Below, in pieces: positions 6,838 to 16,783 of a stretch of 37,619 nucleotides of DNA. Origin of the DNA: a virus (Duplodnaviria; Caudoviricetes); IMG/VR virus record IMGVR_UViG_3300021791_000005, positions 1 to 37,619 of that record. One strand, written 5' to 3'. The notes below the pieces were generated by a model, which was not told the origin of the DNA, searched no databases, and was given only the letters and a program-made list of their open reading frames with translations. Both the position numbers and the translations under genes were made by a program. The first letter of the stretch is position 1; each line of letters opens with the position of its first letter.

Positions 6838-9002
6838 AAAAGATTCATCCGATTGAACAAGATGGAATTAAGGGATTTTCACCTAATGACCTTAATGGTC
6901 TAGTTCAAAATATTATCGGCAATGTTCAACAGGACGATAATGATCGAGCTCGTTGGCTTCAACGCCAACAACATTATTATTCTCGTCGTTATTGTCGAAC
7001 AGACCGTGGAACTAATTATCCATGGCCAGGTGCTTCAGATATTGTTATGCCAACTATTGACATGACAATTGATCGATTGAAGTCTGCATTTCTTCGTCTA
7101 GCTTTTCCTGGTGACAAACCAGCTATATTCCAAACACATCGCCAAGAAAATGATATCGATATTAGACAGGGAGAAAACTTCTTCAATTGGCTGATTACAC
7201 AGGGAATGAAGGATCTTCAGTCTCAATTATCTGTAGCATTTGATTATCTTCTTCAATATGGGATTGCACCAGTAAAGACGTTTTGGGATTTTCGGTCTCG
7301 TAAAGTTAAACGTGTTATTTACAAGGCAGAAATCCTTCGTCGTTACAACACTATAATTAAAGATCTTTCTAAGACTATCTCCAGAAGCAGAAGGAATCTA
7401 AATAATAACCCAGAGATAGTTAAGCGAATTGGAGATGAAACTATTGAGGCTTTAAGACCCTTAATAGCTAGAGACTACGGTCTTAGTAAAGAAGAGCCAG
7501 ATGACATTGAAACGTTAAATAATATTATGGCTGGATTAAAGACTAGTAATTCAGCTATTGAAATCGAGATTCTTGAAATCGAATATAATGCTCCCAGAAC
7601 TATTGCCGTTGCTCCAGAAGATTTGATTATTCCTATTGGGACAAATGATTTTAGAAACTGTACAAGGAAGACTCATCGTTTATTTCTTACAGAGTCTACA
7701 TTTATTGATAGAGCTTCTAATAATGGGTGGTCTCAAACAGCAGTAAACAAAGTTCTAGATCAAAAGAATAAAGATCCATACGGTAATTCTAGTTCTACAT
7801 TTTCTCAATTGAGAATTCTTGATCTAGAAAGAGATAGCCGAGAAGGTCTTATATCTACAAATACTGATGATCTTATTGAGATTTGGGAAACACATTTTTG
7901 GCTTCCAAAGAAAAAGAATGTAAAGGGCGGTCGTCATTCTCGTGTATGGTCGATGATTCATCCAAGTACTGGATCATTGCTTAAAAGCATTAAAGAAGAA
8001 CCATATATTCATGGCGGAGACCCGTTTGATTGTTTCCGTTTTGAAGTTAATGACGATCGTTATTATTCTTCACGAGGCGTCCCAGAGAAAATCGATGATC
8101 TTGATTGGGAAATAACTCTAAGGCATCGAGCAAAGCTGAACAAGATTGAGATGATGGTCCCTGCGTTTACGAAAAGAATCTCATCTATTCTTGATCCAGA
8201 TCAAATTAACTGGATACCTGGTGAGTTTTATAACGTCAATGACCATGACGATCTCAGACCAATTGTAATTCCAGATCAAACTTTACCAGATGATCGTGAA
8301 GAGCTACAGCTATCGACATGGATCGAGCGTTATCTTGGTGCCTCTGTTGATATGCTGGCTTCACAAGGTCGGATACATGAAGCTAGAACTGCGACTGAAA
8401 TTTCAGCTATTGGTCAAGGTGCAGATCTTGCATTAGATATGCGTATTCGAACACTTCACGATGGTCTTCGTTTAGTATTTGATAAGATTTGGGATCTTTG
8501 GAATCAGTGGGGTGATCTTGGTATTGAAGCTCAAGGGGCATATTACAAAGTTACTGGTGAAGTATTTTCACGAAATAGTCCTATAGAAATACGAAATAAC
8601 TATTCGATTATCCCTGCTGGCAAAGTAGCTAATAGTGATCCAAGGGTTGAGGCAAATAAAGCATTTAATCGTTATCAAACATTACTTCAAGCCAAACAAT
8701 TAGAGCTTCAAACTCAGGGGACCATTTTCAATGGTACGCATACTATTGATCTTGGAGAAGCACTTTCTCGCTGGTTGGAACGTGATAACTTCGTGGATGC
8801 TCGTGCTCTTATTAGGAAGTACACGCCAGAAGAAATACAAATGCGTGAGGCCCAAATGGCACAAGAAATGCAGCAGGCTCAAGAAGCTGAAGAGAGAAGA
8901 AGTTTATCTGAAGCCCATGATCTATCGGCTCAAAGAGAAATTGAAGCGATGGATGCTATGGAGAGAACTGTAAATTCTACAGAACAAGCAATTGGTCAAT
9001 AA
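6834..9002 (+). CDS. Portal protein (P22-like size, C-terminal helical extension)
   Basis: 722 aa after terL; PWPGASD, ARTATE and YSSRGVPE motifs; Gln/Glu-rich tail. Confidence 0.88.
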   Translation: MKKIHPIEQDGIKGFSPNDLNGLVQNIIGNVQQDDNDRARWLQRQQHYYSRRYCRTDRGTNYPWPGASDIVMPTIDMTIDRLKSAFLRLAFPGDKPAIFQTHRQENDIDIRQGENFFNWLITQGMKDLQSQLSVAFDYLLQYGIAPVKTFWDFRSRKVKRVIYKAEILRRYNTIIKDLSKTISRSRRNLNNNPEIVKRIGDETIEALRPLIARDYGLSKEEPDDIETLNNIMAGLKTSNSAIEIEILEIEYNAPRTIAVAPEDLIIPIGTNDFRNCTRKTHRLFLTESTFIDRASNNGWSQTAVNKVLDQKNKDPYGNSSSTFSQLRILDLERDSREGLISTNTDDLIEIWETHFWLPKKKNVKGGRHSRVWSMIHPSTGSLLKSIKEEPYIHGGDPFDCFRFEVNDDRYYSSRGVPEKIDDLDWEITLRHRAKLNKIEMMVPAFTKRISSILDPDQINWIPGEFYNVNDHDDLRPIVIPDQTLPDDREELQLSTWIERYLGASVDMLASQGRIHEARTATEISAIGQGADLALDMRIRTLHDGLRLVFDKIWDLWNQWGDLGIEAQGAYYKVTGEVFSRNSPIEIRNNYSIIPAGKVANSDPRVEANKAFNRYQTLLQAKQLELQTQGTIFNGTHTIDLGEALSRWLERDNFVDARALIRKYTPEEIQMREAQMAQEMQQAQEAEERRSLSEAHDLSAQREIEAMDAMERTVNSTEQAIGQ

Positions 9003-9352
9003 TGGAAGACGTAGAAAAATTTAGTGATTCGCCAGGTGTAAGAGAAGATTTTTGGAAATCTTCCTCGGGTAAATCGTTTTGTCAATTTCTTGAATCTGAA
9101 ATTGATAGTTGGTTTGCCAAAATGATATCTCTAAATAAAGACTCGTCTGGCGCTCGTGATTTTTATGCTGGTGGTATTCGTTTTGGAACTTTATTGCTAT
9201 CTACTGCTCATGAAGATTTTTCTTATAGTAAGTATCTTAATTGGAAATTGAAAGAGGATGGAGAGAGAGCTTCAGAAGAAAAAAAACGTCGATATAAACA
9301 TTCTGTTGAAAGACAGAGAAGTAACAATATGAATGTTATTAACAGTCAATAG
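9002..9352 (+). CDS. Hypothetical protein, 116 aa
   Basis: Coupled TAATG overlap with portal. Confidence 0.75.
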   Translation: MEDVEKFSDSPGVREDFWKSSSGKSFCQFLESEIDSWFAKMISLNKDSSGARDFYAGGIRFGTLLLSTAHEDFSYSKYLNWKLKEDGERASEEKKRRYKHSVERQRSNNMNVINSQ

Positions 9353-9361
9353 GAGATTGTC

Positions 9362-9595
9362 ATGAGTGTTTTTAAGGGTAAGCCACTGCTTCCAAGTCCT
9401 ACAGTAAAGACTGGGGCTCAAGGTTCTACTCGACATGGTGGCGGGAAAATTATTTCCTCTTCTTTGTCTAGCATGGGCATTAGCTCAGTCAAAGTTCGTA
9501 GTGTTGGAGACATGTCTGGTAAAAGATCTATCTCTATGTCTTTCCCAAGCCGTGGCTCAAATATTATTAGTAGTCCTTCTTCTAGTGGTAATTAA
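9362..9595 (+). CDS. Small Ser/Gly-rich basic protein, 77 aa
   Basis: AGGAG RBS; low complexity. Confidence 0.7.
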   Translation: MSVFKGKPLLPSPTVKTGAQGSTRHGGGKIISSSLSSMGISSVKVRSVGDMSGKRSISMSFPSRGSNIISSPSSSGN

Positions 9596-9637
9596 TAGCT
9601 CTCTATATCTTCCAAAAAATTAAACGGATAATTTATT

Positions 9638-10450
9638 ATGAATCAGGAATTTCCGGCATCTGCTAACGAATCCGGTAATGAACCGACGAGTTCGCAGGAT
9701 CAGGAAGACCACAGGAAGCCTACCCAGGCTCAAAGATATCGTAGGCAGCGAGATGCAGCCTATCAAAGGTTTGGTGATATTGATAATCGTATCAATTCAA
9801 CTGAACAGAAAATTGATAAGCTGCTAGAAAAATTTGATGAGAAGCCTCAAGACACAGTATCGTCTGATCCTTGGTCACGTCTTAATGACCAAGAGTTAAT
9901 GGACATTGTAAATAATAATGAAATGTCCCAAGAGAAGCCAAGTGTTGTTAATACTGCAATGATGCGATTGATGCAGAGGCAGATAGATAGCAAATTGGGT
10001 TCTATGAAAAATGAAGTGGAAACAAATTCCGCTGAACAAATGCAGATTAATACTGTAAAGCAGGGAGTCTTTAACCGTATTACTTCAGACTATGGTGAAG
10101 AGGCTTTGAGTCCAGAGACTGAACTCTGTAATAAAGCAGGCATCCAGTACGAGTCTTTTAAAAAAAGATATAACAACAAGTTTGATATCGAAAAGATTCC
10201 TGAGTTTCTATATCTATCTGTGCAGCTTGCTGCCGAAGAACTGGGTATTTCTCCCAGAGATAAGCCTGGAGTTGAAGCTATTGAACGTGTTAATCCGCCT
10301 ATTCGACCAAGAGTACCAGCGCCAGAAGATAGGCCCGAAGGTCTTTCAGAAGGTCACGCTGATATAAATTTTGAACGTAACAATTTACTAGAAAAGGGAG
10401 ACACTGATGGAGCTATTAGTAGTTTTGTTCGTCAATTAGGTTTCGGATAA
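9638..10450 (+). CDS. Capsid scaffolding protein
   Basis: Acidic, coiled-coil, immediately upstream of capsid gene. Confidence 0.7.
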   Translation: MNQEFPASANESGNEPTSSQDQEDHRKPTQAQRYRRQRDAAYQRFGDIDNRINSTEQKIDKLLEKFDEKPQDTVSSDPWSRLNDQELMDIVNNNEMSQEKPSVVNTAMMRLMQRQIDSKLGSMKNEVETNSAEQMQINTVKQGVFNRITSDYGEEALSPETELCNKAGIQYESFKKRYNNKFDIEKIPEFLYLSVQLAAEELGISPRDKPGVEAIERVNPPIRPRVPAPEDRPEGLSEGHADINFERNNLLEKGDTDGAISSFVRQLGFG

Positions 10451-10481
10451 TACTAATAACTCTGATGTGTTTTATTGAATA

Positions 10482-11456
10482 ATGGCAGCAGCCGACGTAC
10501 ATCATCAGGTATATAGCAATATTTTTACTGGCGACGCAATCAAAGAAGGCGTCATGCAGGTTATCTATCAGATTCGGCCTGAAGATAAACCTCTTTACAA
10601 TATTAGTGGTGATACAACAGCGACAAATGTTCAGCACGAGTGGTTGAAAAGAGATCGTGGTGCTGATCGCTTCGGGGAAGCAGGTTCAAATGCTGCTGTT
10701 CCTGAGGGGCAGGATTTCATGCTCTCTCACACTAATTTTGAAGATCTTGCTCTACCTAGCCGGGTGACTAATTACTGTGAAATTTTCAGGCAGCTTCCTC
10801 GGGTAACTGAGAGTGCTGCTGCTGTTAGTATTCATGGTATTTCACAGTTGATGCAGGATCAGATTAAGTTCCGCTTGGAAGATTTCGGTATTAATATCGA
10901 ATATGCCTTGTGGCTGGGAGAGCAGAGTTCTGGCACGGAGACGGCAGCAGCTGATACCGCAGCGAGGACACTGAAGGGTATTGATGAGGCTATTACTACT
11001 AATTCAGTAGCCGTTGGTGGGGCTGGTTTTTCTCTTACGGAAGCTCAGTTGAAGGAAGGTTTCCAATTGTGTTGGTCAAGGGGTGGTCGTCCACAAGACT
11101 TCTTCTCTGGTCCTCTTGTCCGAGAGATGGTTAATGGTTTTAATGCAGGTGGGGCAACGAAGTTCATTGACGTTAATGAACGAAGGATTGTTTCAACTGT
11201 TGGTGTGTATGAAGGTACACTCCAAACCGTAATGCTTCATCTCTCAAGGGATATTGTGGATGCTTCCGATGATGCGGCAAAAGCATATCTTCTTGATCGT
11301 TCATTCCTCAAGAAGGCTTGGTTGCGTCGTCCATTCATTGAGAACCTTCCTCGCCATGGTGGCGATAATAGGGCGCGCATTGAATGTGAGGTAACCCTTG
11401 AGTTCGGTGACGAAATGGCTATGTGTGAATACACCGGTATTGATGGAAACAACTAA
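10482..11456 (+). CDS. Major capsid protein (DUF5309/SU10-like)
   Basis: 324 aa; ATNVQHEW, RVTNYCEIF and EVTLE motifs; followed by a strong terminator. Confidence 0.88.
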   Translation: MAAADVHHQVYSNIFTGDAIKEGVMQVIYQIRPEDKPLYNISGDTTATNVQHEWLKRDRGADRFGEAGSNAAVPEGQDFMLSHTNFEDLALPSRVTNYCEIFRQLPRVTESAAAVSIHGISQLMQDQIKFRLEDFGINIEYALWLGEQSSGTETAAADTAARTLKGIDEAITTNSVAVGGAGFSLTEAQLKEGFQLCWSRGGRPQDFFSGPLVREMVNGFNAGGATKFIDVNERRIVSTVGVYEGTLQTVMLHLSRDIVDASDDAAKAYLLDRSFLKKAWLRRPFIENLPRHGGDNRARIECEVTLEFGDEMAMCEYTGIDGNN

Positions 11457-11475
11457 CGTCGTTAGTTGTTATTTT

Positions 11476-11513
11476 AAAGGACGGGGTTTCCTCCTCGGCC
11501 CCGTCCTTTTTTT
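11476..11513 (+). terminator. Intrinsic terminator after capsid gene
   Basis: AAAGGACGGGG/CCCCGTCCTTT stem with T7 run. Confidence 0.88.
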
Positions 11514-11524
11514 AGGAGATAACA

Positions 11525-11908
11525 TTGAAGATTAAGAAGGCAAGTAACGGGATTTATTTACCCGATACTTTAGTTATAGAACGCAATATTGCGGAAACAA
11601 TTGATAATCTCATCAAGACGTTTGTAAGGAATACTCCTAAAAAGGTTATTAATGCATTCGTTCGTGGTATTAGCCAGACTAGATCTTCAATCTCTAATGA
11701 GAAGTGTTTTACTCGTGAGAAGAGTATGCTTCGAGTCGCTGATATTCCAGTCTCTATCAACAATGTAATGATGATGCTTTTTGGTAAAGAGTGGATAAAC
11801 GACAAGGTTGTATCTCGTATCTTTTGGGAGCGGATAAAAGATTGGAGATACAACCAAACAACTGTTCCAGGTTGTATAGAAGACAAGACTGAACAACTGA
11901 AAGATTAG
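11525..11908 (+). CDS. Hypothetical protein, 127 aa (TTG start)
   Basis: AGGAG RBS; fills the gap in the operon. Confidence 0.75.
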   Translation: MKIKKASNGIYLPDTLVIERNIAETIDNLIKTFVRNTPKKVINAFVRGISQTRSSISNEKCFTREKSMLRVADIPVSINNVMMMLFGKEWINDKVVSRIFWERIKDWRYNQTTVPGCIEDKTEQLKD

Positions 11909-11913
11909 CAAGG

Positions 11914-12321
11914 ATGAGTAATGATAATCCATTCAACCCCACGGGTAGATATAAAGACCCAATACAAGAGTACCTCGAACAAATCGATACTCTCGCAGAT
12001 GAAAGCGAAGCGGAAGAAGACAGGCTTGAGGAATCTTACAATGCCTCCGAAAGAGCAAAATCAGATCGTGCTACTTTAATTGCAAAGATTTCTCCAAAGA
12101 TAAGAGAACAATATTTCCCATCGTCTCATCTCCCCATTGACAATGGCAAGGTAGAGACGATTGTCTCTTACATGGTGGATAAGAAGAATGTTAACACCGT
12201 AGATCTTGCGGGTACTGTTCTTCGTAATTTAATTATTCAGTCCCATAAGAAGAGCCCACTTCAACGTGTAAGAGATTTGGACAAGGTATATCTTCTTGTA
12301 AAAATGGGTAATGCCACATGA
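11914..12321 (+). CDS. Hypothetical protein, 135 aa
   Basis: ORF in operon, ATGA overlap with next gene. Confidence 0.75.
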   Translation: MSNDNPFNPTGRYKDPIQEYLEQIDTLADESEAEEDRLEESYNASERAKSDRATLIAKISPKIREQYFPSSHLPIDNGKVETIVSYMVDKKNVNTVDLAGTVLRNLIIQSHKKSPLQRVRDLDKVYLLVKMGNAT

Positions 12322-13283
12322 TCCGTATGACACTTGGCGAGATGATTAAAGAGGTTGGATCATTTATATCTGACACCTCTCCTGATTCAGTTGCTATTAT
12401 TCGAGCAAAGATTAACCAGAACTACGATCAGATCGCACGAATGCACCCATGGCGTGAGCTTATGGGTTTTATTAATGAAGGGATGACATTCGTTGCTGAT
12501 ACTAATTATCTGGCTCTACCTGGTGATGCTCAAGAAATCATTCAGTTGTCAGATAAGACATCAAACTATACGCTTCAGCGTAAGCAGTTGACGCATATGG
12601 TTCAGGATAATATTAATATTGTTGATTCTTCTGGTAGCCAAGTTTTGACTTATTCTGATCTTGGATATCAGGCTACTAAAAGACCTTTGTCAATAGATGA
12701 CAAGGTTGAAATAGTTGGTGAACTTACAACAGACACTTCTGTTGAAGTAAGAATATCTGGTCTTCGATCTGATCCAGAAGTTGAAGACCGAGAAACTATT
12801 ATTACGAATAGTGATGATTCACAAACAGGTGTAACTGGAGCTATTACATTTCGTGAAGGTTGGTCCATACGTTCACTAAGTGTTAATCAGCCATTGAACG
12901 GTTATATCGAGATTAGAGAGAACGCTACAGGGACTAATGTACTTGCTCATATAACTGAGTTACGTAAAGATTCTCAGTATCTTGTTCTTCAATTTCAGAA
13001 TCCTCCAGCTTCCGCTGATAATCTAAACGTTATTTACAAGAAGCGTGTATCACCTCTTCAAAAGGATGATGACGTTCCTGTTATAGCAGCCAGCGAAGCT
13101 ATTGTTGAATCTACAATTGCCGCAATGCGACGTTATGAAGAGCAGTATAGTCAAGCTCGTGAGCATGAGCGTCTTTCTGGTAATCTTATTGGCGCTGCTG
13201 TTGTAGGACAAAAATCTTCCGAAAGAACATCTTTTCAATCACGACCTGATCGTCGTTCCAGAAGATTTGTTAGAGGTTATTAA
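12318..13283 (+). CDS. Head-tail adaptor (tail tubular protein A-like)
   Basis: MTLGEM...IN...HPW...YLALPGD...DDDVPVI pattern and position. Confidence 0.7.
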   Translation: MIRMTLGEMIKEVGSFISDTSPDSVAIIRAKINQNYDQIARMHPWRELMGFINEGMTFVADTNYLALPGDAQEIIQLSDKTSNYTLQRKQLTHMVQDNINIVDSSGSQVLTYSDLGYQATKRPLSIDDKVEIVGELTTDTSVEVRISGLRSDPEVEDRETIITNSDDSQTGVTGAITFREGWSIRSLSVNQPLNGYIEIRENATGTNVLAHITELRKDSQYLVLQFQNPPASADNLNVIYKKRVSPLQKDDDVPVIAASEAIVESTIAAMRRYEEQYSQAREHERLSGNLIGAAVVGQKSSERTSFQSRPDRRSRRFVRGY

Positions 13284-15028
13284 TGGCAATTCTACCAGCC
13301 GATAAGGAAGATCAGATTTTTCAAGTTGATAATTTTAGTGGTGGTTTAAATTCTTTTTCTCCACCAAACAAAATAAATAACAACTCTTTAACTTATTCTA
13401 AAAACGCATTTTCAGTTGAAAGTGGTTCTCTTATTTGTAGACCTGGGATTAAAGAGGTAGCTTCACTTGATTTTGATAATGTGTTCCCAGATTATTTTAC
13501 CAGTATAGATGAGATCCTTGGTATTACGGTTGTTGGTGAAGGAACCACTAGAAAAATAGCTCTTATATTTAAAGCTACTGATAGTTCAGCTGCTTATCAA
13601 ACAAGGGCTTCAGTTGCATTTTATGACGGCATTTCTTGGGAAATGCCTACTGGCGATAACATTTTGGCTATGCCAGATACAAATACAATTGAAGATCGCG
13701 CAGGCTATTGCTGGCTGCGTACAGGAAATACTGCCGCTGAACAATTATGGGTAACTTTTCCAAATGATAATACTATTCCTAAATCTAGTTGGTATTCATT
13801 TACGTTGCCAGATCAAGGGTCTGCGCCAGTAGGTAGTGATATTGGTATTGACGTTACAGATGGAACAATAAGTGATGATCCTTTTCACGGCCCAATGGAT
13901 AATTGCCGTTATGTAATTAACCATGTTGATAGATTATGGGGTTGTGGTGTTCGTGGTGATAATCGAGAGTTTCTTTTTTTCTCTTCTGCTGTATCTAGTA
14001 TCCCAGGTGCTTCAGGTAATGAAAAATGGGATCAGCAACAGAATTGGGCTGCATTTAATACTGGTTCTGGCCAAGGTATCCGTGGCATTTCTGCATTTAC
14101 TGAAGATACAGTTTTTGTAGGTCTTGAGTCTTCTTGTTGGCTAATGTCTATCGGCACTGGCAGTTCACTTCTAGATAGTGTTATAACTATGGTTTCTAAC
14201 AGCATCGGTGTTGGTTCCCATAAATCTATAACTAATGTTGGTGAAGATCTTTTGTTTATGGACCAGCATGGAGATATTAGAAGTCTTACTCAGCTTATTC
14301 AGGAAAGATCAACTCCGATAAGTAGCCCAAGTATTTCTCTTAGCATCAAAAATAGAACAGATGATATTTCTCAAGACGAACTTTTTAAGTCTGTTGGGGC
14401 ATATCACAAAAATGTTTTTTGGCTTTCTATAAAAACAAATTCTGGTTGGGAACTTTATACATTAAATACATCTCTTCGTATTTGGTCTGGTCCTCATGTA
14501 TTAAAGAACTCTTCAGGAAATACTCTTGATGTGATTGATATTGTTTCTACTTCTGGAGCACCGGGGATTACAGATCTTAATAAAAGATCAACTCATTTGT
14601 ACTTTGCTACAGATGATGGAACCTCTACAAGTACAAGGTTCCAAATTTATGAACTAGACAAAGATGCTACTTCTGATAATGGATCTACTATAGATTTAGA
14701 TATTCAGACAAAAGCGTTTAATTTTGAGAACGAGATAGAAGATAAGATTATTGATTGGATTGAGATCTTTTATAAAAAACAGGATAGCGCTAGTGGTCTT
14801 GTAAAAGTTGAAGCTAAATCTGACTTTTGTGTTAATTGGACTCAAGTAGGAGAGTTCGATTGTACTAGTGGTACTAAAGATATTGATTGGGTAAAGTTTT
14901 CAGTTCGCCATCTTGGTAGAGGAAGATTTTTCCAATTTAGATTTACTTATTCAGACGTATTAACAAATCCAGAATTGATTAATTTTTCAATGCAAGTTAG
15001 AGGCTTTGTAAGAAAGTCAGCCGGTTAA
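13283..15028 (+). CDS. Tail nozzle / stabilisation protein (tail tubular B, P22 gp10-like)
   Basis: N-terminal NFSGGLN, beta-rich body, C-terminal GRFFQFRF. Confidence 0.75.
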   Translation: MAILPADKEDQIFQVDNFSGGLNSFSPPNKINNNSLTYSKNAFSVESGSLICRPGIKEVASLDFDNVFPDYFTSIDEILGITVVGEGTTRKIALIFKATDSSAAYQTRASVAFYDGISWEMPTGDNILAMPDTNTIEDRAGYCWLRTGNTAAEQLWVTFPNDNTIPKSSWYSFTLPDQGSAPVGSDIGIDVTDGTISDDPFHGPMDNCRYVINHVDRLWGCGVRGDNREFLFFSSAVSSIPGASGNEKWDQQQNWAAFNTGSGQGIRGISAFTEDTVFVGLESSCWLMSIGTGSSLLDSVITMVSNSIGVGSHKSITNVGEDLLFMDQHGDIRSLTQLIQERSTPISSPSISLSIKNRTDDISQDELFKSVGAYHKNVFWLSIKTNSGWELYTLNTSLRIWSGPHVLKNSSGNTLDVIDIVSTSGAPGITDLNKRSTHLYFATDDGTSTSTRFQIYELDKDATSDNGSTIDLDIQTKAFNFENEIEDKIIDWIEIFYKKQDSASGLVKVEAKSDFCVNWTQVGEFDCTSGTKDIDWVKFSVRHLGRGRFFQFRFTYSDVLTNPELINFSMQVRGFVRKSAG

Positions 15029-15531
15029 TGAAAATTAAATCTTTTATTAGTCTTGGAGATTCTATCGACATATTTGAATTTCTTTCGAAGGTAATGGACC
15101 CTAAAGAAGTAAAAGATTTAATAACTAACCATGTACCACGAGCTGAAATTGTCTTTTCAAGAGATAGCTCAAAAAGCATTTCTTCTGTAATGATTTTTTC
15201 TCAAATTAATGATCCGTATGATGTTGATATTCATGATGGACCAATCTCTCCAGATCCTTTTGGTAAATATATTTATATTTCGACTGTGTATATAGATAAG
15301 AATAATAGGAATACATCTTTTAATAATTTTAAAGATAGTATTATTTGGAATCTATTTAAACAAGCCGCCAAAACATGCCCTGGAGCAATTAGGATCGCGT
15401 TTAAAAGACGTGATGTAAGCCGTGATTTAAGAAGATTTCATATCATTGAATTGAAAGATAATAAAAATGCCCGACGAAAGAAGAGCACCAACAGCCAGAA
15501 CACGCACATCGCATCCCTCTGTTACAGTTAA
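15028..15531 (+). CDS. Hypothetical protein, possible GNAT-fold protein
   Basis: YIYISTVYIDKNNRN resembles GNAT motif A; position after nozzle is typical. Confidence 0.5.
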   Translation: MKIKSFISLGDSIDIFEFLSKVMDPKEVKDLITNHVPRAEIVFSRDSSKSISSVMIFSQINDPYDVDIHDGPISPDPFGKYIYISTVYIDKNNRNTSFNNFKDSIIWNLFKQAAKTCPGAIRIAFKRRDVSRDLRRFHIIELKDNKNARRKKSTNSQNTHIASLCYS

Positions 15532-16771
15532 TCCGAGTGGTGTTGGAAGAAGTGAACTGGGGCATCCGGAGTATGAAACCACTACTGGCCTTCAGTACGG
15601 AATGTATCAGGGGAATTCTATTGCCAATGGCATAGATTTTGACAACTTAACCAGGATCGATTTTAAAGAAAAAGCAATCTCCAAAGGTGCTGAACGTGGC
15701 TGGGAAGTAGTATCCCCTGGCACACAATATAGACCTGGCACGTATGGTGAACCTCGACCCTATCAAGAGAGAATAGGTAAAGAGCATTGGGATGCGACTG
15801 TAAAAGAGCTATCAAAAAAACACTATATTGATTTAATTTTTGATGGTTATGAATATGTAGATGCAGACGGTAATACTCAAAAAGTCGAAGGTAGAGAGAC
15901 TATCTCTTTGCTCGATTTTAGAGAAATACAACAAGAGCTTGAGGATAATTTATCTGCTGAAGGAAAGCTTTTTACTGCTCCTCCTCTTACTGATTTCCTT
16001 CTAAAGTCTAGAAGAGAAATCGCGAGAAGAAAACAATGGATAGATAAGAAGGGTAATCTATCTCACGAGAGATTTATTGGAGATGATTTTTTTGGTGTTT
16101 CTCCATTTACAACACCAGATGACCCATACGGCAGAGAAGCACAAGATAGAGAAGAAGCAGTATTCGCCCAACTTAATTCAGATGCTTTAGATCATATTAC
16201 TAGGGGCGAAGATCTTATAGAAAAGGGTATTGATATTGCCAGCGGTGATTATTCAGGTGACTTAGCGAAATCTTTTCTAGAATCAGTAAATGAACAATTT
16301 TCTACTAATCTAGCTAATCGTGGTATGGCTATGACTGGTATGGCTGCTATGGAGGGAACACTTACTGGGCGAGCTGCTCTGGTAGGTCTTGGACAAAGTC
16401 TTTCTCAGCTAGGTCTTTCTGAACAGAACTTTGGTATGTCTAATTTGCAGCAAGTTAACCCAGGTGCTTTCCCTGCATTTAATCTTGAACGTTCAGATGT
16501 AAATTACGCTCGTGATATGTCCCAACATCATTTTGCAAAGATGTTGGAAGATCAACATAAGGCTCGCAAGATGCAGGGTGCTGGTGAAACATTTAAACGA
16601 AGTTTTGCTGCATCGGGAGGATCACTTCTTGGTATTGGAGGAATTCTTGGTGGTGGTGGTGGCGGCTACCAACCAGTAGCCCCACTAGGAGGTGGTATGG
16701 CTGCACCTAGACAAGGATCTAATACACAACAATCTGGCGGTGGTTTTTTGAATAGTATTTTTGGATGGTAG
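15467..16771 (+). CDS. Probable internal virion / ejection (pilot) protein
   Basis: LANRGM motif, Gly-rich hydrophobic C-terminus, first of three genes of increasing size. Confidence 0.6.
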   Translation: MPDERRAPTARTRTSHPSVTVNPSGVGRSELGHPEYETTTGLQYGMYQGNSIANGIDFDNLTRIDFKEKAISKGAERGWEVVSPGTQYRPGTYGEPRPYQERIGKEHWDATVKELSKKHYIDLIFDGYEYVDADGNTQKVEGRETISLLDFREIQQELEDNLSAEGKLFTAPPLTDFLLKSRREIARRKQWIDKKGNLSHERFIGDDFFGVSPFTTPDDPYGREAQDREEAVFAQLNSDALDHITRGEDLIEKGIDIASGDYSGDLAKSFLESVNEQFSTNLANRGMAMTGMAAMEGTLTGRAALVGLGQSLSQLGLSEQNFGMSNLQQVNPGAFPAFNLERSDVNYARDMSQHHFAKMLEDQHKARKMQGAGETFKRSFAASGGSLLGIGGILGGGGGGYQPVAPLGGGMAAPRQGSNTQQSGGGFLNSIFGW

Positions 16772-16783
16772 AGGTAATTAATA

